Positions 40,126-49,163 of a stretch of 64,000 bases of DNA are shown here, piece by piece (the stretch's first letter is position 1; each line of letters begins with the position of its first letter). The stretch is taken from assembly GCA_016779265.1 (NCBI GenBank), contig JADHNY010000009.1, positions 1,517 through 65,516 of the forward strand, read 5' to 3'. The notes beneath the pieces were generated by a model that saw only the letters and a program-made list of their open reading frames with translations, was not told the origin of the DNA and made no database searches. This DNA is from Pirellulales bacterium. Its GTDB lineage: Bacteria > Planctomycetota > Planctomycetia > Pirellulales > UBA1268. Position numbers and translations under genes: made by a program.

Positions 40126-42365
40126 CAGACTGTCTCCTGTTCGGACAAGGTCATCGCTTCCCGGAACTTCGTGGCGAAGTTCGCCTCCCCGTCTGCCAGG
40201 TCATCAGAGAGCGTGCGGGCGAGGGATTGGAGCGGAAAGTAGATCGGATAGTAGTGGTACCGAAGGTAGAAGACCTTCGGGAAACCTGTGCCGGTAAACG
40301 CCGTCTCGTGCCAGCTGCCATCGTCCTGCTGTTCCCGCACGAGCCAGGCCAGCCCGCGTCGGCATGCATCAGACTCTGACCGGTTGGCAGCCGCGAGGCC
40401 GGCGACTGCCCACGCTGTCTGTGAAGCCGTTACCTCACCTCGGCCAGCCCAACATGGATCTTCGTAGCTGCGTGGCGATTCCCCCCAGCCACCATCTGCC
40501 TGCTGGCACGACTCCAGCCAATCGATAGCACGAGTGATCAGCGGATCACTTGCCTCCACGCCGATCGAACGCAGCCCTTCAATGACCTGCCAGGTGCCGT
40601 AGAGGTAGTTCACACCCCACCGGCCAAACCAGCTGCCGTTCGACTCCTGGCACTGCCGAAGATATGCCACCGCCCGGTCGACGACAGGGTGTCCTGGCCG
40701 CAGCCCGACCTGCCCAACCGCCTCCAAGACACGCCCGGCAAGGTCGGGCGAACTCGGGTCGATCATCGCATTGTGATCGGCGAAGGGAACCTTACACAGC
40801 AGTTCCATCGTGTTGTCACGATCGAAAGCTCCCCAGCCGCCATCGGAGTTTTGCATCGCGCCGAGCCACTCGGTGGCCCTGGGCAGGCAGGCCGCAATCC
40901 GAGCCAGCCGCTCTGCGACTGCGGGCTGCAGATGAATCTTCAAACGCCGGCAGGCATGCCGGTAGTCAGAGAGGGCGAGCACGACCATCGCCGTGTCATC
41001 AACATCTGGGTAGAAGCGATTCGCATACTCAAAGCACCACGCTGCCGGGGCCGCCTTGACCTGTTCACTCCAGTCACCCGGTGTGCGAATCTCTCGCTCG
41101 AGCAGCCAGTCAACAGCTCGCGCCAGGTGAGCATGCTCCACAGCTCCCTCCAGCCGCGTCGACTGACAGAGTGCCCGTATCGTGATCGCTGTATCCCAGA
41201 CCGGTGAATGACACGGCTCAAGCCGTGTCGAGCCATCCGGCTCATGCTCCACCAGTCGCTGCAGCCGCTCCCAAGCCCGCGAGACCTCGGGGGATTCGTC
41301 GGAGTAGCCAAGGCATTTCAGTGCAATGATGCTCCACACCATTGGCGGGAAGATGGCTCCCAGGCCATCACTGTCGACGCACCGCTCCAGCATCCACTGC
41401 TCACACGCAGCGACAGCCCTCCGCCGCAGCGGCATCAGCCCAAGCGACTCGCACCACTTGATGCCCACATCCACAACACGGAAAAACTTCTCCCAGCCCC
41501 GAGCACGCACGCGTGGTGCCGCGTGGTGGCCTTCAGTGAAGAGTTCGGCGATGCCGCGTTCGGCCGGGACCTGCCGCTGTGGCTTATAGGTCCACATCAG
41601 TGACAAAGGCACAATCATCGTTCGCGACCAGGCCGACACACTGTGCAGGTTGATCGCCGACCATTTCGGCAGGAGCACGATCTCCGGAGGCACAGCCGGG
41701 CAGGCCGAGTAGGGCATCTGGCCGAGGAGCGCGAGATAGTACCTCGTGAAGCTGTTTACAGCCCACGGCCCTCCGAGCACACGAATCGCCTCTCGGGCCC
41801 GCTGCATGGCTGGCTCATCGGGTGAGTGACCGGCCAGCTTAAGCACCAGGTAGGCCTTGACCGTAGCGCTCACTTCGGCAGGTCCGCCCGGGTAAATCGG
41901 CCAGCCACCGTCAGGAAGCTGCAAGGACCTGATTCGCTGCAGAGCACCGGCGACCTCCGGCCGATCGAAGCGATCCAGCCAGGCTAAGAGCAGGAGGTAC
42001 TCTGTCTCAAGGATCGTGTCGCCCTCAAGCGCCGCCCGCCAGTGACCATCTGCATGCTGACGCGTGAGCAGCCAGTCAGTCACCCGACGAACGGCCACCT
42101 CACGAGCGGCATCGCTCGGGCCCAGTTGCGACTCCACCACAACGTCAGACGAGGTGTCCGTCGTCTTGGTCAGAAACGCCTCGCTCAGCCGCAGGCCACG
42201 ATGGGGCCGCGTCATCACTGCGGCAGGGAGGCGTCCTTCCACGACGCGACGGCCTGTCGGCATCCGATCCGTCGCATCATCGCTGCGAACGCATCCCGGA
42301 CCCGATGAAACATCCATGTCTCTTTTCCCGTTTCCAACGGCGATTCTGGCAGCAGGCGTGTCCAT
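40125..42365 (-). CDS. shc: squalene-hopene cyclase (true start probably downstream of 42365)
   Basis: YPDVDDTA catalytic motif, SPVWDTA, QW repeats (QNSDGGW, QESNGSW, QQADGGW), FTGTGFP. Confidence 0.96.
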   Translation of the reverse strand: MDTPAARIAVGNGKRDMDVSSGPGCVRSDDATDRMPTGRRVVEGRLPAAVMTRPHRGLRLSEAFLTKTTDTSSDVVVESQLGPSDAAREVAVRRVTDWLLTRQHADGHWRAALEGDTILETEYLLLLAWLDRFDRPEVAGALQRIRSLQLPDGGWPIYPGGPAEVSATVKAYLVLKLAGHSPDEPAMQRAREAIRVLGGPWAVNSFTRYYLALLGQMPYSACPAVPPEIVLLPKWSAINLHSVSAWSRTMIVPLSLMWTYKPQRQVPAERGIAELFTEGHHAAPRVRARGWEKFFRVVDVGIKWCESLGLMPLRRRAVAACEQWMLERCVDSDGLGAIFPPMVWSIIALKCLGYSDESPEVSRAWERLQRLVEHEPDGSTRLEPCHSPVWDTAITIRALCQSTRLEGAVEHAHLARAVDWLLEREIRTPGDWSEQVKAAPAAWCFEYANRFYPDVDDTAMVVLALSDYRHACRRLKIHLQPAVAERLARIAACLPRATEWLGAMQNSDGGWGAFDRDNTMELLCKVPFADHNAMIDPSSPDLAGRVLEAVGQVGLRPGHPVVDRAVAYLRQCQESNGSWFGRWGVNYLYGTWQVIEGLRSIGVEASDPLITRAIDWLESCQQADGGWGESPRSYEDPCWAGRGEVTASQTAWAVAGLAAANRSESDACRRGLAWLVREQQDDGSWHETAFTGTGFPKVFYLRYHYYPIYFPLQSLARTLSDDLADGEANFATKFREAMTLSEQETV

Positions 42366-42580
42366 CCTTCGCCTACGTTCTCAGACCGCAGCTCCACTCG
42401 GGGAGCAGGCGGTGCTGCATCGCAGCGGCTCCATCCCGGAACTCCCTGCGGGGCAGCAGAATAAAAAACGTAGGAAATACCGACAAGACCGGCTGGACCA
42501 AGAGACGCCGGCGAGCCTGGAGAGACAGGGGGGCTGCGCAAAGACTAGCGACTCGCGAGCTGCTCATTCCGTGTAAAAAT

Positions 42581-43843
42581 CTACGTCTCGGCGAGAGGAT
42601 TCTTCGCCGACCCCATCACCTCACCAGGCTGTTCGGCTGGCAACACGAGCCGAACGGAAGTCCCTTGCTCAGAACCTGACACGAGTTCCATGCGTCCTCC
42701 ACAGGCCCGAGCGAGAGCCCATGCGTGCGAAAGCCCCACGCCCAAGCCGCGGCCCGCCTCACGTCCACAGTGAAAGGGATCAAAGACAACGGGCAGATCC
42801 TCTCGATCGATCCCGGGGCCGTCATCCTTCACCAGAATCGCCTGCAGCCCATCCTCTGAACTCGCGGCCAGCGAAACGGTGACCGTGCCAGCCTTCTGGG
42901 CAGCCTCAATGGCATTGAGAATCACTGCATGCAACGCCTCTGCAACCAGCTTGGGGTCCACCCAGCCCCAGACAGCGTCTGCTGGCACATCGCTTCGCAG
43001 CGTGAGCCCTTCGCCACCAGGCCGCTCACCGAGCGAACCAATCACCGACTCCACCAATGCAGCCAGGTCGACGCGTGCCGGCCTCGCGACCGGTGGCTTG
43101 GCGAAGACCATCAGCCCCCCGATCATGTCTCGGGCACGAAAGGCCTGGTCGACGATGGTTGCGAGCTTCCGGCGGCGTTGTGGATCCGGCTCATCTCTCA
43201 GCAGCGACTGGCCTCGCGTCGCGATATTGGCCAGAGGGTTGTTGATTTCGTGCCCGGCGCCGTAGGCCAACTGCCGCACTGCCTCCAGCCGTGCATCGGC
43301 CAACGCTGCATCAAACCGTTCACGAAGCCCAAGGTGCTCGCGAAGCAGCCGAACAGCAGCGACGAGCAGTTCTGCTTCTGCCCGCCGATCCGCAGCAAGA
43401 GCCGCCAGCCGAAGGTCGCGACCAAATCGTGTCAGCAGATGCTCACCTCGACTGCGTCGGCCAGGGGATGTGTCGGCCTGACCACCAGCGTCATGCTCGC
43501 CAACCGCCGTCAGCCACCGCTCAACCGCACACGCTGGAACGCCCAGATCCGCGACTGCCACCGCCAACGCATGCTGCAGGGAAAAGCCACCCTCGGGACG
43601 CCACGCAGTCAACGCGGCAGCCACAGCGACACACTCTGCTGTCGTGAGCTCAGCATGCTCAATCGGCAACTCACGCCCACCTGGCGGAGCTACCTCCCCA
43701 GGCGAGCGACACGCACCGCCCGGCACTGCCGCCACAGACGAGGCACCTTTCGAGGAGTCATCAAAAGACATGGTGCTCGAGGGCTCTTTCGAACCCCCGA
43801 GCACCAGCCAGGCACCCGTTGTTTCATCAGCGTGCTGCGTCAC
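42581..43843 (-). CDS. cytoplasmic histidine kinase (start uncertain)
   Basis: GAGHEINNPL, NAIEA, DDGPGI, FDPF, GRGLGVGL; no clear TM segment. Confidence 0.88.
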   Translation of the reverse strand: MTQHADETTGAWLVLGGSKEPSSTMSFDDSSKGASSVAAVPGGACRSPGEVAPPGGRELPIEHAELTTAECVAVAAALTAWRPEGGFSLQHALAVAVADLGVPACAVERWLTAVGEHDAGGQADTSPGRRSRGEHLLTRFGRDLRLAALAADRRAEAELLVAAVRLLREHLGLRERFDAALADARLEAVRQLAYGAGHEINNPLANIATRGQSLLRDEPDPQRRRKLATIVDQAFRARDMIGGLMVFAKPPVARPARVDLAALVESVIGSLGERPGGEGLTLRSDVPADAVWGWVDPKLVAEALHAVILNAIEAAQKAGTVTVSLAASSEDGLQAILVKDDGPGIDREDLPVVFDPFHCGREAGRGLGVGLSHAWALARACGGRMELVSGSEQGTSVRLVLPAEQPGEVMGSAKNPLAET

Positions 43844-43902
43844 GGCGTCTCACCATCGTGTTGCACACGGACGTTTACTCGCCACTCGGCAGCACGAGGG
43901 CT

Positions 43903-44490
43903 TCAGCCCCCGGCAGCCACCGATTCGATATCGAGCAGGCTGCAGATGCGATCGAGGAGCACCTCGCCCTCGAAGGGCTTCTGCAGAAACTCATTCGCAC
44001 CCGACAACTTGAGGTCCTCAATACGATCCGGCTCACACATGCCCGAGATGCAGATGATCCGCACTTCGTCCATCGTGGAGTCGCTTCGCACACGTTGGCA
44101 AACCTCTTTGCCGTTGATATCGGGCAGCATGACGTCCAACACAATCAGGTCAGGACGATATTCCTTCACCATCATGCCGGCATCAAAGCCGTTATTCACA
44201 CTTCGCACCTCGAAGCGGCCATCCCGCTCCAGCACGTCGGTGATCAGTTCCACCAGATCCTGGTCATCATCAACGACGAGGATCTTTCGCCGACCGCTCT
44301 CGAGCGCATCGGTTGGGATTCCGTTGTCACGCATGAACAGAAACAGCTGATCCCGAGGAATCCGGCGAAACCGGCTCCCTGGAACACGAAATCCCTTCAG
44401 CTGTCCTGAGTCGAAGCAGCGAATGATTGTCTGCTGGCTGACCTTGCAGATCTTCGCCGCTTCGCCGGTTGTGTACACGGTCTTTTGCAT
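43903..44490 (-). CDS. response regulator with N-terminal excisionase/MerR-like HTH and C-terminal REC domain
   Basis: YTTGEAAKICKVSQQTIIRCFDSGQLKGFRVPGSRFRRIP, then ILVVDDD...LDVMLP...KPF. Confidence 0.92.
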   Translation of the reverse strand: MQKTVYTTGEAAKICKVSQQTIIRCFDSGQLKGFRVPGSRFRRIPRDQLFLFMRDNGIPTDALESGRRKILVVDDDQDLVELITDVLERDGRFEVRSVNNGFDAGMMVKEYRPDLIVLDVMLPDINGKEVCQRVRSDSTMDEVRIICISGMCEPDRIEDLKLSGANEFLQKPFEGEVLLDRICSLLDIESVAAGG

Positions 44491-45018
44491 CTGCCGAACC
44501 ACCCTCTCCCTAGCTGTGGTATCGCTAGTCTCTACGGCACGCTGACAGAAAACGGCTGACGGCAAACCTGCCGCCATTCCCAACCACCGACACCCGGCAG
44601 TCGAGGGCTCCGTGATTCCTCAGCGTGTCTAGGCCTCCTTGTTGCCCAATGACACTGTTTCCCACGCGAACGCGGTGAAACCTGCCATACCGACGCTACG
44701 CCCATCATGGTGCAGAACTCCACACCAGTGAGGACAACCGGAAGAGATGGGTGGGCGTGGTCAGCGAAGGGACTCCTTTTCCCTTTCGCAACAATCGTTG
44801 CCGACTGCCAAGCTTGCCATCCTTGCCAGGCTGGCGGGAATATAGCGCAGCTTACGCAACGAGTCAACATCAACATAGTTGACGCAACTGCTGTCTGCGC
44901 AACAGTTTGCGCAATAAGCATGAATGCCCCGCAATACCCCGGTCGCCGCCTTCTCGACCGTAAGGGCATGCGTTGACCATGCTGGCGACGCAGCGTTTCT
45001 GCCTCGCCAATGAGCCTT

Positions 45019-45606
45019 TTAGCCCGCAAAAGACGGCACGACCTCAAGCAGTTCGACGGCAGGCCGGCCGTCGAGTCGGATTTCAGCAACGCGGCCATAC
45101 GTCGGCTGCTTTGCCTTCATCAGCTCAGCAAACGCAGTCCCAGGCGTGAGTTCAAGCAGCTGCACAGCCTGCACGTCACGATGCACTCCAGAGGCGATCA
45201 AGATTCGCCCCAGAGGCTCCTCCTTGCTCAGGATGGCCTCACGGGAGGCCGCCGGCAGGGGAGAGAGGTCGATCCGCACGATCCCGTACTGCACCACCGT
45301 ACCATCAGCACGGGAAAGCAGAATTTCTCGGGCATAGCTGCCGGCGTTCGCACCGGCAGGCTCCGTCGTCCCCTCAGCAACCACGGTCAGGTAAACAGGG
45401 CCGCCGTGATACCGCTCCATCGCCACCGTCATATGGCTGTTGTGTGCCAGCAGTCCGGCATAGGGCTCTGGCACCCGCTCGGCATCAACTTCACGCAGCC
45501 CAGCGAAGTTCTCTTCCTTGCCGTGAAACAGCGAGATCAGGCTCTCGGCTCTGCACACCGCGTGGCCTGTGGACGAGAAAGCTTGAGCTGAAGACGGGTC
45601 GGCCAT
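45019..45606 (-). CDS. chorismate lyase (UbiC/DUF98)-like protein
   Basis: LL.H..HMT..ME, YAREILL, EPLGRIL, YGR pattern of the chorismate-lyase fold; fold recognised by eye only. Confidence 0.6.
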   Translation of the reverse strand: MADPSSAQAFSSTGHAVCRAESLISLFHGKEENFAGLREVDAERVPEPYAGLLAHNSHMTVAMERYHGGPVYLTVVAEGTTEPAGANAGSYAREILLSRADGTVVQYGIVRIDLSPLPAASREAILSKEEPLGRILIASGVHRDVQAVQLLELTPGTAFAELMKAKQPTYGRVAEIRLDGRPAVELLEVVPSFAG

Positions 45607-45701
45607 GGCTGGCTCCGGGGGGAGGAACGAACCCCGGCCAGTGTACCCGCTCTGTCTTCCGCCGCCTCGGCTGATCACAGGGGTCTGACACTGAAAACGA
45701 C

Positions 45702-47564
45702 TTACCCCGGCGACCCTTGCTCAGGCGCTGCAAGATCGAGCAAAAACTCCAGCACATCCCGCAAGCGAGGTAGGCAACACGTCGCCGCGGCCCGCAGGGC
45801 TTGCTGGCGATGCTCGCAGACCATCGCCTCCGCTGCGGCGAACACCTCCGCTTTCTCATAGAGACCGCGTGCCTCACGAAGTCGCATGCCCTCCTGCTGC
45901 AGGTCACTCGACGTCGAGGCTTGCGAGAGCGTCAGCAACCGCTGGCGATCTGGTTCTGAGAGCCGCTCCATCGCCGTTGCCCACAGCACTGTCGGCCGGC
46001 CACCAAGCAGATCCCCGGCAACCTGCCGGAGGTTTTCCAGATCACCGTGCCAGTCTTTGAGGTCATTGAGAACCTGGAAGGCAGTGCCCACATGCAGGGC
46101 GTAGTTCTCAATCTGGCCCGCCTGCTCCGGATCGCACCCGGCAAGCCGCACTCCCATTTCCAGTGCGGCCGCGAACGCAGGCGAGGTCTTGAGCCCATAG
46201 ATCTCCAGGGCCTCACGCGGACTGAGCCGCTTCTCCTGAGCATCCCTCCACCAGAGTTCGGCACCTTGGCCGCGAGCCAGTTCCAGATGAGCCCGGGACA
46301 GAATCGCCAGCAGATCCCGCGGCAATGCCAGATCGCTCCCCGGATCGTCCGCCACGTTTGGCAGACCGGCGATCACCCGATACCCAAGACCGATCAGGTA
46401 GTCACCCGCATTGATCGCCGTCGGCACACCGAACTCACGATGCATCGTGGGCCTGCCGTACCGCATCGCGTCATCGTCTTCGATGTCGTCGTGAACAAGC
46501 GAGGCCTTGTGGAAAACCTCGATCGCTGTCGCCGCAGCCCTCGCCACCCCCCGGTTGGCCTTCGCGTGCGTTCGCACAGCACGTTGAGCCTCGACATCGG
46601 CTGACACCGCATCGAACGCGGCCAAGGCCATAAACGGCCTGAGGAACTTCCCTCCTTTGGCAAGAAAGTCGATGCCCAAGACACTCGTGGCCGCAGCCGC
46701 GGAGGTGGTGCCGTGATCGCTCAAGCAGGCGGCTTCAGCGCTGACGACACCGATCTTCCCAAAGAGCTTCGCCAGTGACTCCCGCGTAAACATCTCAGCC
46801 GATTCACGAAGAAGCGGCAGATGGTCAGCCACTGGCGACACCGCGCCGCCGGCAACACCGAGCAGCCCAAGCACCCATTCTGCATCGACCTGTTCGACCG
46901 CGCAGCCGTTGTGCGAGCCAGCCTCCGTGTTGACTGGTACCGCCGCAATCGGCATCGCGAAGGGCGGGAGCAGCGAAAACGCTTTTTCCAGTTCCTCAAG
47001 CGTGGCCACGCCCAGCACGCTGTCGTAGCGACCTCCGAGCATGCCTGCGATAGCCACTGCCGCCTCACGAGTGCTCGCCACCTGCCAGCCAGAGTCGTCT
47101 GCGGCAGAGGCAAGCGTTGCATAGACACATTGCGGACCACAGGTCCGTGGAGTTCCCACCGTGTCAACAGAAGCCCCACAGCAGTCGGGCAGCAGCAGCA
47201 ACCGACGACCACCAGGCGTGGTGAGCTGATCTCGCCAGTATGCCGTCACCAAAGCCACCATCGTCCAGCCAACATGCTCGGGACGTCCGCCGGCCCGGCG
47301 TACCACATCCCCGGCAGCAGCCCTCAGGCCCGCCGGTGTAGACACCTCTTGGGGAAGTGCTTCTGCCCGCCAGACCGCGGCGACGTCCGCTGAAATCGCA
47401 TGCAACCGGTCACGAAGCATCTTCGGCTGCGGCACCCGCACGGCAGCGGGATCATGGGGGGCAGCATCGTCGGACGTCGAACTCAGCGATGGCTTCGGGC
47501 TGCGTAGCGGCACACCGCCTGTTGGGTCAGAAAATCGATCGAGATGCGAGGCAGGCTGCTGCAC
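45702..47564 (-). CDS. trans-polyprenyl diphosphate synthase fused to an N-terminal DUF116-like Cys domain
   Basis: GGKFLRP, EVFHKASLVHDDIEDDDAMRYGRPT, AINAGD, GQ, KT, FQVLNDLKD; N-terminal RRLLLLPDCC...CGPQC; GTG start with GGAG upstream. Confidence 0.85.
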   Translation of the reverse strand: MQQPASHLDRFSDPTGGVPLRSPKPSLSSTSDDAAPHDPAAVRVPQPKMLRDRLHAISADVAAVWRAEALPQEVSTPAGLRAAAGDVVRRAGGRPEHVGWTMVALVTAYWRDQLTTPGGRRLLLLPDCCGASVDTVGTPRTCGPQCVYATLASAADDSGWQVASTREAAVAIAGMLGGRYDSVLGVATLEELEKAFSLLPPFAMPIAAVPVNTEAGSHNGCAVEQVDAEWVLGLLGVAGGAVSPVADHLPLLRESAEMFTRESLAKLFGKIGVVSAEAACLSDHGTTSAAAATSVLGIDFLAKGGKFLRPFMALAAFDAVSADVEAQRAVRTHAKANRGVARAAATAIEVFHKASLVHDDIEDDDAMRYGRPTMHREFGVPTAINAGDYLIGLGYRVIAGLPNVADDPGSDLALPRDLLAILSRAHLELARGQGAELWWRDAQEKRLSPREALEIYGLKTSPAFAAALEMGVRLAGCDPEQAGQIENYALHVGTAFQVLNDLKDWHGDLENLRQVAGDLLGGRPTVLWATAMERLSEPDRQRLLTLSQASTSSDLQQEGMRLREARGLYEKAEVFAAAEAMVCEHRQQALRAAATCCLPRLRDVLEFLLDLAAPEQGSPG

Positions 47565-47787
47565 GTGGCATTCTCCGTCGGTGTGTCCTGAGGCAGGCGA
47601 CTGAATGCCCTTCGCAGCCAGCGACCGTGCTCTCAGAGAGAACCGCAGATCTGCGGCCGTGGTAACACCGCAACGCCTTCGGAATCCGCAGAACCGTGGC
47701 ACTCGGTGTTGGGCCTGTTCATCGGAAGAAAGCAATGCCGCCCGAGAGCCGGAATCCGCCCAGCATCGCCGGCGAGCGACCGCTTTC

Positions 47788-49089
47788 TCAGGAGGCCGCC
47801 GTCTGCTCTTGCGGGGGGGAAGGCTCGAAGAAGCGGTGCAGCAGGCTGTCGACCTGCAAGAGCCCCTGCCGCGTCAGCCGGGGCACTCCGTCAGTGACCG
47901 TCAGATGCCCTTCCTTCTCAAGCCCCCGCCAGATGTCAGTCCACTCTGTGAGCAGATCGACGCCAAACTTCTCCCGCAGGCGAGAAACGTCCAGCCAGCC
48001 ACGCTTGAGCTGCAGAATCATCTCACGGATCAGCCGTTCACGCGGAGCAGGCGTCATCCCGCGAGCGATCGGCAGTGTCCCAGCTTCAACCGCTTCCAGG
48101 TAGGCATCCCAGTGCGGCTCATTCTGGTAGTGCAGCCCCGAGAGGTGCCCAAAGCTCGCCACGCCGAGCGCGATTAGGTCGCTGCCTTCCCAGAGCATGT
48201 CGCGATACCGGAAGGCAACCCGGGAGGGATCCTTGACCAGGGTGTAGCCGCTGGAGACGGCGTATCCTGCGTCCTCAAATCGACGAAATGCTCGGTCGAC
48301 CCAGGCCCGCTTCGTCGGCCAATCAGCAACCGGCGCTGGCACGCCGCTTTCTTTCCAGTCGTGGACGAGCGTGGTGTTCAGCGGCAGTTCCATCTGATAG
48401 ATGGTCACGCTGTCAGGCGCCAGCTCAAGGGTCTTGCTCACAGTCGCATCCCACGACTCGTCGGTTTCTCCCACCATGCCAGCGATCAGGTCGACGTTGG
48501 TGTTGGGAAAACCAGCCGCGGCAATCCAGTCCCAGGCACGCATGATCTCAGCAGAGAGGTGTGCCCGGCCATTGGCCTGCAGAATATCGTCGTCGAAGTT
48601 CTCCACGCCGAGCGAAATACGGGTCATTCCCAGTTTTCGCAGGGCCTTGACCTTCGGCTCCGACAGCGTTCCCGGCTCACACTCGAATGTGACTTCCTCA
48701 GCGTTGTCCCAACCGAAGCTGTTGTTCAGTCCATCTACCAACCGCTCCAGCTGCCGCACGCTGAGAAACGATGGAGTGCCGCCTCCAAAGTACACGTACT
48801 TCAGTTCGCGGCCAGCCACCGCAGGGCTCGCGGCGGCAAGCTCCGCCTCTTTGACCAGCCCCTGCGTGTACCGCTCGACGTCGCCGGCGGCCTTGTCGGT
48901 GTAGACCCGGAAGTAGCAGAACTTGCACCGTTTGCGACAGAACGGGATGTGCAGGTAGAGCCCGAGCGGTACGTGGGCGGGCGGTGCCGCAAATGCCGCC
49001 CGCACCGCAGACACCGAGTCGGTGTTCCAGCGATCAAACGGTGGGTAGTTGGAGACAAAATAACTTCCGGGTTCGGTTGTCTCGCTCAT
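47788..49089 (-). CDS. HemN-like (class C-type) radical SAM enzyme of unknown function
   Basis: YLHIPFCRKRCKFCYF, YFGGGTPS, TRISLGV, NVDLIAG; N-terminus GSYFVSNYPPF; GAGGAG RBS. Confidence 0.9.
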   Translation of the reverse strand: MSETTEPGSYFVSNYPPFDRWNTDSVSAVRAAFAAPPAHVPLGLYLHIPFCRKRCKFCYFRVYTDKAAGDVERYTQGLVKEAELAAASPAVAGRELKYVYFGGGTPSFLSVRQLERLVDGLNNSFGWDNAEEVTFECEPGTLSEPKVKALRKLGMTRISLGVENFDDDILQANGRAHLSAEIMRAWDWIAAAGFPNTNVDLIAGMVGETDESWDATVSKTLELAPDSVTIYQMELPLNTTLVHDWKESGVPAPVADWPTKRAWVDRAFRRFEDAGYAVSSGYTLVKDPSRVAFRYRDMLWEGSDLIALGVASFGHLSGLHYQNEPHWDAYLEAVEAGTLPIARGMTPAPRERLIREMILQLKRGWLDVSRLREKFGVDLLTEWTDIWRGLEKEGHLTVTDGVPRLTRQGLLQVDSLLHRFFEPSPPQEQTAAS

Positions 49090-49163
49090 GGCTCTCCTCA
49101 AACACCGCTTGTCCGTCGATCGCCGGCTGTCGTCGGCTTGAAAACGGTCGCCAGCACCATGCC

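Noticed and set aside
44780-44940. Replication origin or sigma54 promoter in the long intergenic region
   Set aside because: No DnaA boxes or AT-rich unwinding element; the TGGCA motifs lack GG-N10-GC spacing.
44532-45098. 188-aa and 89-aa ORFs in the regulator upstream region
   Set aside because: Atypical composition, no RBS or motif, and overlap with neighbours; treated as non-coding.
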